Source: Leptospirillia bacterium
GTDB taxonomy: Bacteria; Nitrospirota; Leptospirillia; Leptospirillales; Leptospirillaceae
Length of the DNA stretch: 64,000 nucleotides
Direction: 5' to 3'
NCBI GenBank assembly: GCA_049965515.1
Contig: JBMFWG010000001.1
Coordinates: 32,042-96,041 of the forward strand
The notes under the pieces are model-generated. The model did not search any database. It had not been told where the DNA came from and was given only the letters and a program-made list of their open reading frames with translations. A program made the translations under genes and the position numbers. Positions 19,863-28,876 of the stretch are shown piece by piece (positions within the stretch are counted from its first letter, which is position 1; each line of letters begins with the position of its first letter).

Positions 19863-20141
19863 ATCGTGACAACTTGATGCAGGATATAGAGGCTAACCCA
19901 TTGACAGGATAAATTTCAACACACCCCGTGAAGCCTTTCTCCCGCTTGTCTTTTCCTTTCTGATGGATTATAAAGTAAGGACTTCCTTTTGAATCCGTCA
20001 GAGGTGGAATACCGTTCCTGGTCTTGATTGTATTGTGGCGAATGAAACCCTTGATCTCCTCAGCAGCCTAGAGTGCCGGACGAAGATGGGTATCCCTGCC
20101 ATTGGTCAAGGGCCTGCTTACCCAGAGAAAGACAAAATCGC

Positions 20142-21182
20142 ATGACCTTCTCAGCCATCCGACGACTCTCAACGCAATTTATCGCAATAGCCACAATGGC
20201 TCTTGTCTTCCTTCAGGCCGAATCCATGCTACCTTCTGGAGCTATCCCTTTCCCGGATGTGAACGCTGTGGATGCCGCGGAGGCGCCCAAGGCCGACCAG
20301 GCTGCACCGGTCAAGGATACGACCCAAGAGGTTGGAACCGATCCGGCCTCCCTGCAGGTCAGACTCAAGAAAGTCATTCTCGACTCCCTCTCCCGGCAGA
20401 GAATTCCCTACAAGAATTTTGTCTGGCTTACACCCAAGGCCGTTGACAATGCCATTCTTGCCCTTCCATTCTCGGTGGATGTGGGAGCCCAGAAGATCGT
20501 TCTTCCGGTCTACGTCATCAACCATCGATATCTCGTTACAACCCCCCTTCTCGACATTACTCGACACTATTCGGTCGTTCCTAGCATCCCCCCTCCCCAG
20601 CCCATTGCCTTGGCACTCCCGTCGACGGACTTTGACATTGACAGCTTTCCCTCCACCGGAAGAAAGGATGCCCCCCATATTCTCATAATGTTTGGCGATG
20701 AACAGTGTGGCGCCTGCCGTCGATGGAACCGGCAAGAGGAAGAGTCGGTCAGAAAGGATCCATCGATCCGCTTTGTGTATATCCCCTACCCCCAAGTCAC
20801 TATTCACAAAAATGCCCTGACTGCTGCCATCTTTGAAATGTGCGCCTTTCAGGAAAAGCCCTCCTCCTTTTGGGCAATCCACGACCAGATTGATCGGCGA
20901 GTCGAGATGAAGAATATTGACAAGGCAGGTCTGACTCCCATCTTTTCGGGGTTCATGATCCAGGCCGGAGTGTCGACAGCAAAAGTGAAAAAGTGCATGG
21001 ATGAAAGCCGCCCCCTCGAAGCCATTTCAAAGGCTGGAAATGAGCTGGGGGCCAAGATCGGTGTTCCGTCCCTCCCCATCTTTTTGATCGATGGTCAGGT
21101 CAAAGAGGGGTACATGACCTATGCCCAGATCAAGCAGACTATGACCATGTCAAAGACTCCGGTTGCCACAGCGAATCCTTGA
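20142..21182 (+). CDS. periplasmic thiol:disulfide oxidoreductase (DsbC/DsbG-like: N-terminal domain plus thioredoxin fold)
   Basis: The ATG at 20142 gives a signal peptide (MTFSAIRRLSTQFIAIATMALVFLQA). CGAC active site within ILIMFGDEQCGACRRW, and a C-terminal GVPSLPIFLIDG (cis-Pro loop). Confidence 0.7.
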   Translation: MTFSAIRRLSTQFIAIATMALVFLQAESMLPSGAIPFPDVNAVDAAEAPKADQAAPVKDTTQEVGTDPASLQVRLKKVILDSLSRQRIPYKNFVWLTPKAVDNAILALPFSVDVGAQKIVLPVYVINHRYLVTTPLLDITRHYSVVPSIPPPQPIALALPSTDFDIDSFPSTGRKDAPHILIMFGDEQCGACRRWNRQEEESVRKDPSIRFVYIPYPQVTIHKNALTAAIFEMCAFQEKPSSFWAIHDQIDRRVEMKNIDKAGLTPIFSGFMIQAGVSTAKVKKCMDESRPLEAISKAGNELGAKIGVPSLPIFLIDGQVKEGYMTYAQIKQTMTMSKTPVATANP

Positions 21183-21341
21183 GCCCGAGATCGGTGAAGG
21201 ATAAAATGACCCGGGAGTGTATAAAAAACGGGGACAGATATCATCATTTGTTTTTGGCGTGACCAATCGCATGAATTCACAGCTTCCTCCTAATGGGGAA
21301 GACCCTTTTTCCATAACTCATCTTAAAGGAGTTGAATCAAC

Positions 21342-21641
21342 GTGGGATTTCGAACCTGGACCGACATCGACCGCTGGACCGATATCGACCTTGACTATAT
21401 CGTTGAGCAGTCAAATACGATTTCAAACGACCTCAACAAGGATGCCATCAAGGACGCCATTTCCACCATCAAGAATTCCCTTAACTTCCTGGAGAAAAAG
21501 AAAGCCACAAAGGAAGACCGTGACCGTATTACCAAAGAGCGGATCAACATTTTACTTCGACTCGGATTTCAGATACGACTCAAAGACCCTGCCATGGCCC
21601 AATCCGGAGCTTCCAACGAAGAAGTCGAGACCAAGGGCTAA
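21342..21641 (+). CDS. hypothetical 99-aa protein
   Basis: GTG start 10 nt after AAAGGAG. Third codon positions are strongly C-biased, as in neighbouring genes. It contains the internal repeat WTDIDRWTDID and I recognise no family. Confidence 0.5.
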   Translation: MGFRTWTDIDRWTDIDLDYIVEQSNTISNDLNKDAIKDAISTIKNSLNFLEKKKATKEDRDRITKERINILLRLGFQIRLKDPAMAQSGASNEEVETKG

Positions 21642-21677
21642 CACCGGCCCCTTCGAACACAACACCCCGGAGGGTGC

Positions 21678-22463
21678 TTGTCTCATTTCCTGACAATGCT
21701 CCTGGCAATTCTGGGGGGAGGAATCTGGGGCAGCTTTCTCGGCGTTCTGGCTGTTCGCATCCCCCAAAAGATTTCGCTTTTCTGGCCAGGGTCGCGGTGC
21801 GACCACTGCGGCCAGTCTCTTTCCGCGTCCGAGCTCATTCCTTTCCTTTCGTGGATTTTCCTCCGGGGACGTTGCCGAACCTGCCACCACAAAATCTTGA
21901 TAGATATTCCTTTGGCTGAAGTTGCCACCGCTCTTTTCTGTCTTTTGCTTCTTGAGCTTTCACCCTCCCCTGTTCTGGGAATGCGCTATCTGATTTTTTT
22001 CTCCTTCGCCCTTCCCTTGACCTTCATCGACTGTCGACACAAGCGACTTCCCCATCTCCTGACAATTCCCTGCATGGCATCCGGGATCCTTTTGGGCGGA
22101 TTGACCCATGGCTCTCATGGACTGCTCGAAGCCCTCTTGGGCGCTTTGGCAGGATTCGTTCCCGTTGCCCTCATCGCCTCTCTCTACCCACGAGGAATTG
22201 GGATGGGAGATGCCTTCTGGCTATCGGCCATCGGATCATTTACAGGAGCCGGGGCCCTGACTTTTGTCCTCCTGATCGCTTCGGCAACAGGAATCGTCGG
22301 CACTCTTATCCTGTATCTGACAAAGCATCAGAATTCTCACCTCTCCCTTTTTTCCCTGGCAGTGCCATTTGGCCCATTTCTCTCTTTCGGGGGACTTCTA
22401 ACCCTTATGATACCAGGGATTTCTCACCTCTTTAACACAACACTTCTGGAGACGCTGCCATGA
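21678..22463 (+). CDS. pilD: prepilin (type IV leader) peptidase, A24 family
   Basis: 261 aa with CDHCGQ..CRTCHH zinc cluster, GMGDAFWL catalytic Asp region, and multiple TM helices. Alternative ATG at 21696. Confidence 0.9.
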   Translation: MSHFLTMLLAILGGGIWGSFLGVLAVRIPQKISLFWPGSRCDHCGQSLSASELIPFLSWIFLRGRCRTCHHKILIDIPLAEVATALFCLLLLELSPSPVLGMRYLIFFSFALPLTFIDCRHKRLPHLLTIPCMASGILLGGLTHGSHGLLEALLGALAGFVPVALIASLYPRGIGMGDAFWLSAIGSFTGAGALTFVLLIASATGIVGTLILYLTKHQNSHLSLFSLAVPFGPFLSFGGLLTLMIPGISHLFNTTLLETLP

Positions 22464-23347
22464 AAATTGCCCTTGCAGGCCTCGGGAATATGGGATTTTC
22501 CATGGCCGAAAAACTCCTTGCCAAGCCATTCCCTCTGACGGTGACAAATCGGACAAAAGAAAAAGCTCTCCCGCTTCTTGAAAAAGGAGCCCTTTGGGCC
22601 TCTTCGCCGGCAGACGCGGCGAAAGGGGCCAGCATCTTTGCCACGATCCTGTCAAATGACGAGGCTCTCGAATCTCTTCTGTACGATGCTGGTGTTCTGG
22701 ACGCCTTGCCAGAAGGCTCGGTTCATTTATCGCTATCAACCATCAGCATTGAGCTTTCTCGGACGCTTGAAGCGGAACACACAAAAAGACACCAGGGGTT
22801 TGTTTCGGCCCCCGTCTTCGGGCGCCCCGAAGCTGTTGTCGAAGGTCGACTTCGGGTCCTTTGTGCGGGAGCCCCGAGCTCTGTCACTTCAGTCATGCCC
22901 ATTCTTGAAACTTTGGGCTCCAAGGTTTTCCGATTGGGAGACTCACCTTACGTGGCCAATCTCGTGAAGCTCTCGGGCAACTTCATGATTGCCGCCGCAC
23001 TTGAGGCTCTTGGCGAGTCATTTGCCCTTGTCCGCTCCGCTGGGGTTGACCCTGCCCTCTTTCTAGAGATCCTCAATGATTCCCTTTTTCGCTCCCCACT
23101 CTATGAAAACTATGGAAAGATCATGGCAGAGAAACGCTATAACAAGGCTGGGTTTACAATGGATCTGGGGCTTAAGGATCTGCACCTCATTCTTGAGGCA
23201 GCCGAGTCTCTCCGCGTCCCTCTCCCGGTGGCCTCAATTGCACGAGACTCCTTTTTGGCCGGACTGGCCCGAGGGCGCCAGCACCTCGACTGGTCGGCCA
23301 TCGTTCTCTCTCACTATGAGCGTGCCGGGTTGGAAGAAAATCGTTAA
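22460..23347 (+). CDS. NAD(P)-dependent oxidoreductase, 3-hydroxyisobutyrate/6-phosphogluconate dehydrogenase family
   Basis: 295 aa with MKIALAGLGNMGFSMAEKL (Rossmann) and KLSGNFMIAAALEALGE. ATGA overlap with pilD. Confidence 0.85.
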   Translation: MKIALAGLGNMGFSMAEKLLAKPFPLTVTNRTKEKALPLLEKGALWASSPADAAKGASIFATILSNDEALESLLYDAGVLDALPEGSVHLSLSTISIELSRTLEAEHTKRHQGFVSAPVFGRPEAVVEGRLRVLCAGAPSSVTSVMPILETLGSKVFRLGDSPYVANLVKLSGNFMIAAALEALGESFALVRSAGVDPALFLEILNDSLFRSPLYENYGKIMAEKRYNKAGFTMDLGLKDLHLILEAAESLRVPLPVASIARDSFLAGLARGRQHLDWSAIVLSHYERAGLEENR

Positions 23348-23512
23348 GAGCTGATTGCTCGTCAAGATGTTTTCAAAGGGGCCCTGTGGTAAGATGAAAG
23401 CTAGAAGAAGAGGGAGACTTTCTTCTTAAATTTCATTCTGGAGTTCCTGTAATACCTTGTTCATGTTTTCTTCGCTTTTCTACACAAAAGATCTCTAAGG
23501 ATTGACTCCTTT

Positions 23513-24055
23513 ATGCCCAAAGGTTATCGCCGCATTCTCATTGGATCTGACCTCTCGCCCCTTCCTGCGGATATTGTCGACGAGATCCGGAAGTTGGCGG
23601 CCCATGAAGATTCAACTTTTCCTGAGGAGATCCATCTGGCCTTTGTTCTGGAGGCATTGCAGGATATACCCATTGACCTTCCCATGGCCGGACTTAGCCT
23701 CTTGCCTGTAGCCGAAGAGGCACTGAATCGCTTGAACCAGATCGTCCGGGATCTGAAGCCCTTGCCTACCAGACTTTCAACGGCAGTCTATCATGGAAAG
23801 GCCGATAAAACGCTCGCAGCCCTGGCATCGACTCAACAATTTGACCTGATTCTTGTCGTCTCTCATGGGAGACCTCTGATCAGCCGTCTGATGACAGGCT
23901 CTCTCCCGGGATCCCTTGTTCATATTTCCCCCGTCCCAGTTCTTGTCATCAAGGATCAGCTCCGGAGAGACGAACTCTCTCGAGCCCTTCTGGCCCACCT
24001 TCCAGCCGAGACTCTTAAACCTCTGGCACAATCTAACGGGATGACAGGCAAATAA
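23513..24055 (+). CDS. universal stress protein family
   Basis: 180 aa with ILIGSDLS and a C-terminal VSHGRPLISRLMTGSLPGSLVHISPVPVLVIK (USP ATP-binding-type motif). Confidence 0.8.
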   Translation: MPKGYRRILIGSDLSPLPADIVDEIRKLAAHEDSTFPEEIHLAFVLEALQDIPIDLPMAGLSLLPVAEEALNRLNQIVRDLKPLPTRLSTAVYHGKADKTLAALASTQQFDLILVVSHGRPLISRLMTGSLPGSLVHISPVPVLVIKDQLRRDELSRALLAHLPAETLKPLAQSNGMTGK

Positions 24056-25080
24056 TGGCCATCCGACAAAACCTCGATCTCCCTCCGAATCTCGATACCG
24101 CCAGCTTTCTTGGAGAAATGAACCGGCACATTCGGCTCTTTGAAGAGGCCTTCGGGCTCCGCATTTCCGTGAATGGCCCCGTGTTGACGATGGTGGGAGA
24201 GGAAGAGGACGTTCGCCAGGGAGCCCGGGTCATCGATGACCTGACGTCGCTGATGGCAGCCGGATACTCCATCCGCGAAGAAGAAATCCGACAAGCCATC
24301 TCGGTCTCCCGAAATTCTCCCCATATCTCGCTTAAGGATCTGCTTTCGGAGTACGTTCCGATCAACAGCAAAAAGCGGGTGATCTTTCCCAAGTCCCTCC
24401 ACCAGCTGGAATACATCCGTGCCATGAAGACCAAGGATATCGTCTTTGGAATCGGACCGGCAGGAACCGGAAAAACCTACCTGGCAGTTGCCCTGGCCGT
24501 CCATTATCTCCTGAAGGGCTCGTTTCGGCGGATTATTCTGGTTCGACCCGCGGTCGAGGCAGGAGAGCGGCTGGGATTCCTTCCGGGAGACATTGCCGAA
24601 AAGATCAACCCCTACCTGCGCCCCCTCTATGACGCCCTCTTCGATATGATCGATGTGGAAAAGGTCAACAGGATGATGGAGCGCCGGGAAATCGAGATCG
24701 CCCCGTTGGCCTTCATGCGTGGAAGAACACTTAACGACTCCTTTGTCATTTTGGACGAGGCCCAGAATGCCACCGTCGAGCAGATGAAAATGTTCCTCAC
24801 ACGCATCGGATTCAACTCCAAAGCGATCATCACGGGGGACACAACCCAGATCGACCTTCCCCAGGATCGCTACAGCGGACTTCTCGAAGCCCAGGAGGTG
24901 CTGAAGGGAATCGAAGGCATCTCCTTTACCTTCTTTTCCGATGTCGATGTGGTTCGCCATCGCCTTGTCATGGAAATTGTCAAAGCCTATGAACGCTATG
25001 AAGCCTCCAAGCCCTCCCCCGCCCCCCGGACCCAGAATGCCACAGAAAAACGACCACGTCCTCCCCACAAGACATCCTGA
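24055..25080 (+). CDS. phoH: PhoH family ATPase
   Basis: 341 aa with GPAGTGKTYLAVALAV, FVILDEAQN and ITGDTTQIDLP. Confidence 0.95.
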   Translation: MAIRQNLDLPPNLDTASFLGEMNRHIRLFEEAFGLRISVNGPVLTMVGEEEDVRQGARVIDDLTSLMAAGYSIREEEIRQAISVSRNSPHISLKDLLSEYVPINSKKRVIFPKSLHQLEYIRAMKTKDIVFGIGPAGTGKTYLAVALAVHYLLKGSFRRIILVRPAVEAGERLGFLPGDIAEKINPYLRPLYDALFDMIDVEKVNRMMERREIEIAPLAFMRGRTLNDSFVILDEAQNATVEQMKMFLTRIGFNSKAIITGDTTQIDLPQDRYSGLLEAQEVLKGIEGISFTFFSDVDVVRHRLVMEIVKAYERYEASKPSPAPRTQNATEKRPRPPHKTS

Positions 25081-25090
25081 GAGCCCTCCC

Positions 25091-25633
25091 ATGTCGATTG
25101 AGATCCTCTCTCTGCAACGAGCCCTTCCCGTGGATATTGACCGACTTCATCGACATGCCGAACTCGCGCTTGAGGTTTTGGGCCACGACCATTGCGACCT
25201 CTCCCTTGTCCTGGTCAACGACAGAAGGATGCGCGAACTGAACCGAACCTATCGGGGAAAACCCTCCACCACGGATGTTCTTTCCTTTGAAGGTCCTTCC
25301 AATCCCCTCCCTCGGATGCCTCGATTCCTCGGAGAGATCGTGATCTCCGTCCCGCGGGCCCATCGCCAGGCCATGACAGCCGGCCTCTCTCCTGAGGATG
25401 AGCTCACCAATCTCCTGATCCACGGAGTTTGCCATCTTTTGGGATTTGACCATGAGAGAGGGGAAGAGGATCAGCGGATCATGAAGGCCGAAGAAGAAAA
25501 GGTCGCGCGCCATATCCGCCGGAAAGATGGACGAGGAAGCGAAAAAATCACCGGAAAGATCCAAAACAGGACAGGAGATCCTGATCGATCTGACAGAAAA
25601 AGAATAAGGCCACGCGGCAGGGGGAAGCTTTGA
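25091..25633 (+). CDS. ybeY: rRNA maturation endoribonuclease YbeY
   Basis: The ATG at 25091 gives 180 aa. Zinc motif HGVCHLLGFDH, plus a roughly 30-aa basic C-terminal extension. Confidence 0.9.
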   Translation: MSIEILSLQRALPVDIDRLHRHAELALEVLGHDHCDLSLVLVNDRRMRELNRTYRGKPSTTDVLSFEGPSNPLPRMPRFLGEIVISVPRAHRQAMTAGLSPEDELTNLLIHGVCHLLGFDHERGEEDQRIMKAEEEKVARHIRRKDGRGSEKITGKIQNRTGDPDRSDRKRIRPRGRGKL

Positions 25634-26544
25634 TGGGATTTTTTGACAAAATCAGAGAGAGCCTGCAAAAAACACGCGACAAGGTCGCACTGTCGATCGA
25701 ATCAGTCTTCAAACGGCGAGATCCGGGATTTTATCAGGAGCTCGAAGAGATCCTGATCTCTGCCGATGTCGGCCCCGTCGTATCAAAGGAGATCGTCGAG
25801 GAGTTACGGTCCTGGGAGAAAAGAAATCCAGGAGCTACCACCGAAGAGAGTCTATCCCACCTTGAAAGGTCCCTGACAGAAATCTTTCCTGCCGCCTCCC
25901 CTTGGGAGGAATCCTCTCCCCGGACATCCCCCAGGGTGGTTCTCCTTGTGGGAGTCAACGGTGTCGGAAAGACAACAACCGCCGGCAAGCTTGCCGCCCG
26001 ATTCAGGAATTCTGGAAGCTCCGTCATCCTCGGAGCCGCCGATACCTTCCGTGCAGCCGCAGTTGAACAGATCCGAAAATGGGGAGAGCGCCTCGACGTC
26101 CCCGTTGTCCACCAAAAACCCGGGGCCGATCCGGCCTCCGTCGCCTTTGATACCGTCAGGGCCGCCCGGGCCCGAGGGATTGACGTCGCCATCATCGACA
26201 CGGCGGGAAGGCTTCAGAACAAGCAAAACCTGATGAATGAGCTCAGGAAAATCGGGTCGATCATCAGCAGGGAGGCCCCAGACTCTCCTGTCGAGGTCTT
26301 GCTCGTCCTCGATGCAACTATTGGCCAGAATGCCCTTTCCCAGCTTGATGAGTTTGTCAAGATTGCCCCTGTTTCAGGCCTCATTCTCACCAAACTCGAC
26401 GGCACCTCCCGGGGCGGGGTGGTCATTGCGCTGGCGCGCCGACACAAGATCCCTGTCCGATTCATTGGGGTGGGGGAAAAGGCCGAGGATCTTCTCCCCT
26501 TCGACCCATCAACCTTTGTTCGCTCAATCCTTCGAACCGGCTGA
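25630..26544 (+). CDS. ftsY: signal recognition particle receptor FtsY (short form, NG domain only)
   Basis: 304 aa with GVNGVGKTTTAGKLA, DTAGRLQNK and TKLDGTSRGG. Confidence 0.95.
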   Translation: MMGFFDKIRESLQKTRDKVALSIESVFKRRDPGFYQELEEILISADVGPVVSKEIVEELRSWEKRNPGATTEESLSHLERSLTEIFPAASPWEESSPRTSPRVVLLVGVNGVGKTTTAGKLAARFRNSGSSVILGAADTFRAAAVEQIRKWGERLDVPVVHQKPGADPASVAFDTVRAARARGIDVAIIDTAGRLQNKQNLMNELRKIGSIISREAPDSPVEVLLVLDATIGQNALSQLDEFVKIAPVSGLILTKLDGTSRGGVVIALARRHKIPVRFIGVGEKAEDLLPFDPSTFVRSILRTG

Positions 26545-26570
26545 AAGCCCTCGATTCCCTCTCTTTCCTA

Positions 26571-26837
26571 TCAGTCGTCCGATCGAAAGACGAACCTGTA
26601 GACAAGCCAGACCAGTAACCCTGCGAGAAGAGCTGCTCCTCCTGCGAGAACTCCCTTGGGACCATTGGCCATCATAAAGAAAAAGAACAAGGCAACGGCT
26701 AGGCCCCCCAGGAAATATCGAACAAGCTCCCCCCAATCCTTGGAGGTGATGGGCTCCGAAAGTAGAGGGGCCGGATCCTCCCCATGATTGCCTTCGGAGT
26801 GTGTCTCCCGTGGTGGACCCTCCTCATTGGAAGCCAT
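26571..26837 (-). CDS. small membrane protein, unknown
   Basis: 88 aa with an acidic N-terminus followed by two hydrophobic helices (FLGGLAVALFFFFMM, GGAALLAGLLVWLVY). Confidence 0.45.
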   Translation of the reverse strand: MASNEEGPPRETHSEGNHGEDPAPLLSEPITSKDWGELVRYFLGGLAVALFFFFMMANGPKGVLAGGAALLAGLLVWLVYRFVFRSDD

Positions 26838-27007
26838 GGCGTGTTGCCTCCTTACCCTGAAAAAATGCCGTGATAGAATGAGAAAGCAGTCTGAGGGAAA
26901 AGAATGCCTTTCTCTCCCGCTGCCTCAGAGAAGGATTGAGATCTTCTTCTCTTTGATTATAGGAGACCCAACGATCATCCGACAACCGCTCACTTGGGGG
27001 GACTTTC

Positions 27008-28876
27008 ATGGACGAGGGCGAACAGACACCTCTTCAGCTTGAGGAAAAGCTTCGGCTTTTGCCCGACTCACCGGGAGTTTACCTCATGAAGGACGATAAA
27101 GGAGAGGTTCTCTATGTCGGAAAGTCCAAGTGCCTCAAGGACCGTGTACGGTCTTACTTCCAAAAGACGCGGCCCACCTCCCCCCGCATCAGGAAAATGA
27201 CCGAGCGGGTTGCCAATATTGAGACACTTGTCACGCGAAGCGAGCTCGACGCCCTTATTCTCGAAAATACACTGATCAAAAAATACCGACCACGCTTTAA
27301 CGTGCTCTTTCGTGATGACAAGACCTACCCTTATCTCCGATTTTCCTGGTCTGAAGACTTCCCTCGGCTCTCGGTCACGCGCAGGGTGTCACGAAGCCCC
27401 GACCTTACCTTTGGCCCCTATGCCAATCCCGGCGCCCTCCGGGAGACCCTCGGATCCATCTCCCGGATCTTTCCGCTGGCCACATGTAGCCTCGACTTGG
27501 GAAAAACAATTGATCGCCCCTGCATTGAATACCAGATTGGCCGGTGCATGGGCCCCTGCGCCGGCCTTGTGACTCGGGAGGAATACCGCAGGATGGCCGA
27601 TGGCGTTCGACTCTTTCTTGAAGGCAAGAACAGCGATCTCGAGACCCTGCTTCACAATGAAATGGTCAGCCACGCCAAAAATCTTGAATTTGAAAAAGCG
27701 GCCAAGGCCAAACATCGACTCGAGAGCATCCGGACCATCCTTGAACGTCAAACCGTTGAATTTCGAGTTTCTTCCGCCGTTGATGCCGTTGCCGTTGAGA
27801 CCGACGAAAGCTCCGCCCAGATTGAACTCCTCTCTGTCCGAAACGGACGTATCGCCGGGCGCCGGGAGGTCCACATCAGAAACTTTGACCAGGATAGCCC
27901 GGCCGACCTTCTCATGGCTTTTCTCGAACAGCATTATTCCCAGGAGACAACGATACTTCCGGAGGAAATCCTTCTTTCCCATCCCCTTTCGCATGAAGCC
28001 CTCATGAATCTTGAATGGATGGCCGAAAAGAAAGGAGGAAAGGTCGTCGTTACCCACCCCCGGCGAGGAGAAAAGAAGACCGTGGTCGAACTTGCACAAA
28101 GCAATGCCCGGGCCTCCCTGAAAGAGCGTGGAAAGAGTCAGTCCGACCTTCGTCAGGCGCTTTTCGAGGTTCGCGAGATGCTGGGACTTGAACGCCCCCC
28201 CGTAAGTATTGGCTGCGTGGATATCTCGAATACCGGAGACTCCTTTCCCGTCGCATCCCTGGTTGTCTTTGTCGAGGGTCTCCCTGAAAAATCTCTCTAT
28301 CGAAGATTTCGAATACGGTACGACCGGGGGCAGGACGATTTTCGGATGCTCGCCGAGGTTCTCTCCCGTCACTTCGACGAGCGTCCATTGCCCGACCTTC
28401 TTCTCATCGACGGAGGAGAGCCACAGCTCAGGGCCGCACTGGCAGCACTTCACCAGATCGGAAAAACTCCCCGCCCCAAGCAGGTCATTGGAATCGCCAA
28501 GGAGCGAAGCCGCACAGGTCACCTCGAGCGACTCGTCTCTCCCGAGTTCGACTCCCCCCTGATTCTTCCCCCCCACCAACCGGCAACACACCTGCTGATG
28601 AGGGTTCGGGACGAGGCCCACCGGTTTGCCATTACCTATCACAGAAAGCTTCGTGAAGAGGCCTTGACCCACTCTCGGCTTCTGGATATCCCCGGCATAG
28701 GTCCTTCCCGGGAGAAACAGCTTCTTCTGACCTTCGGGTCGGTGGACGGACTAAAATCTGCCAGCCCTGAAAGAATCGCCAGCGAAGGCGGCCTTCCACC
28801 CTCCCTGGCCCGGCGGATCGCTGAACATCTTTCTCGAGCGTCTTCTTCCGGAGCCTCCGAGGAGGATCCCCGATGA
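27008..28876 (+). CDS. uvrC: excinuclease ABC subunit C
   Basis: 622 aa with a GIY-YIG N-terminus (GVYLMKDDKGEVLYVGKS), a UVR domain, an RNase H-like endonuclease domain and a C-terminal HhH. Confidence 0.97.
   Translation: MDEGEQTPLQLEEKLRLLPDSPGVYLMKDDKGEVLYVGKSKCLKDRVRSYFQKTRPTSPRIRKMTERVANIETLVTRSELDALILENTLIKKYRPRFNVLFRDDKTYPYLRFSWSEDFPRLSVTRRVSRSPDLTFGPYANPGALRETLGSISRIFPLATCSLDLGKTIDRPCIEYQIGRCMGPCAGLVTREEYRRMADGVRLFLEGKNSDLETLLHNEMVSHAKNLEFEKAAKAKHRLESIRTILERQTVEFRVSSAVDAVAVETDESSAQIELLSVRNGRIAGRREVHIRNFDQDSPADLLMAFLEQHYSQETTILPEEILLSHPLSHEALMNLEWMAEKKGGKVVVTHPRRGEKKTVVELAQSNARASLKERGKSQSDLRQALFEVREMLGLERPPVSIGCVDISNTGDSFPVASLVVFVEGLPEKSLYRRFRIRYDRGQDDFRMLAEVLSRHFDERPLPDLLLIDGGEPQLRAALAALHQIGKTPRPKQVIGIAKERSRTGHLERLVSPEFDSPLILPPHQPATHLLMRVRDEAHRFAITYHRKLREEALTHSRLLDIPGIGPSREKQLLLTFGSVDGLKSASPERIASEGGLPPSLARRIAEHLSRASSSGASEEDPR

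Noticed and set aside
23956-25092. 378-aa minus-strand ORF.
   Set aside because: It lies exactly antisense to phoH, which has clear Walker A/B motifs. It is Gly/Arg/Asp-rich with no motifs, so it is a shadow ORF typical of GC-biased codon usage.
27389-28672. 427-aa minus-strand ORF.
   Set aside because: It is antisense to uvrC (GIY-YIG, UVR and HhH domains recognised), so it is a shadow ORF.
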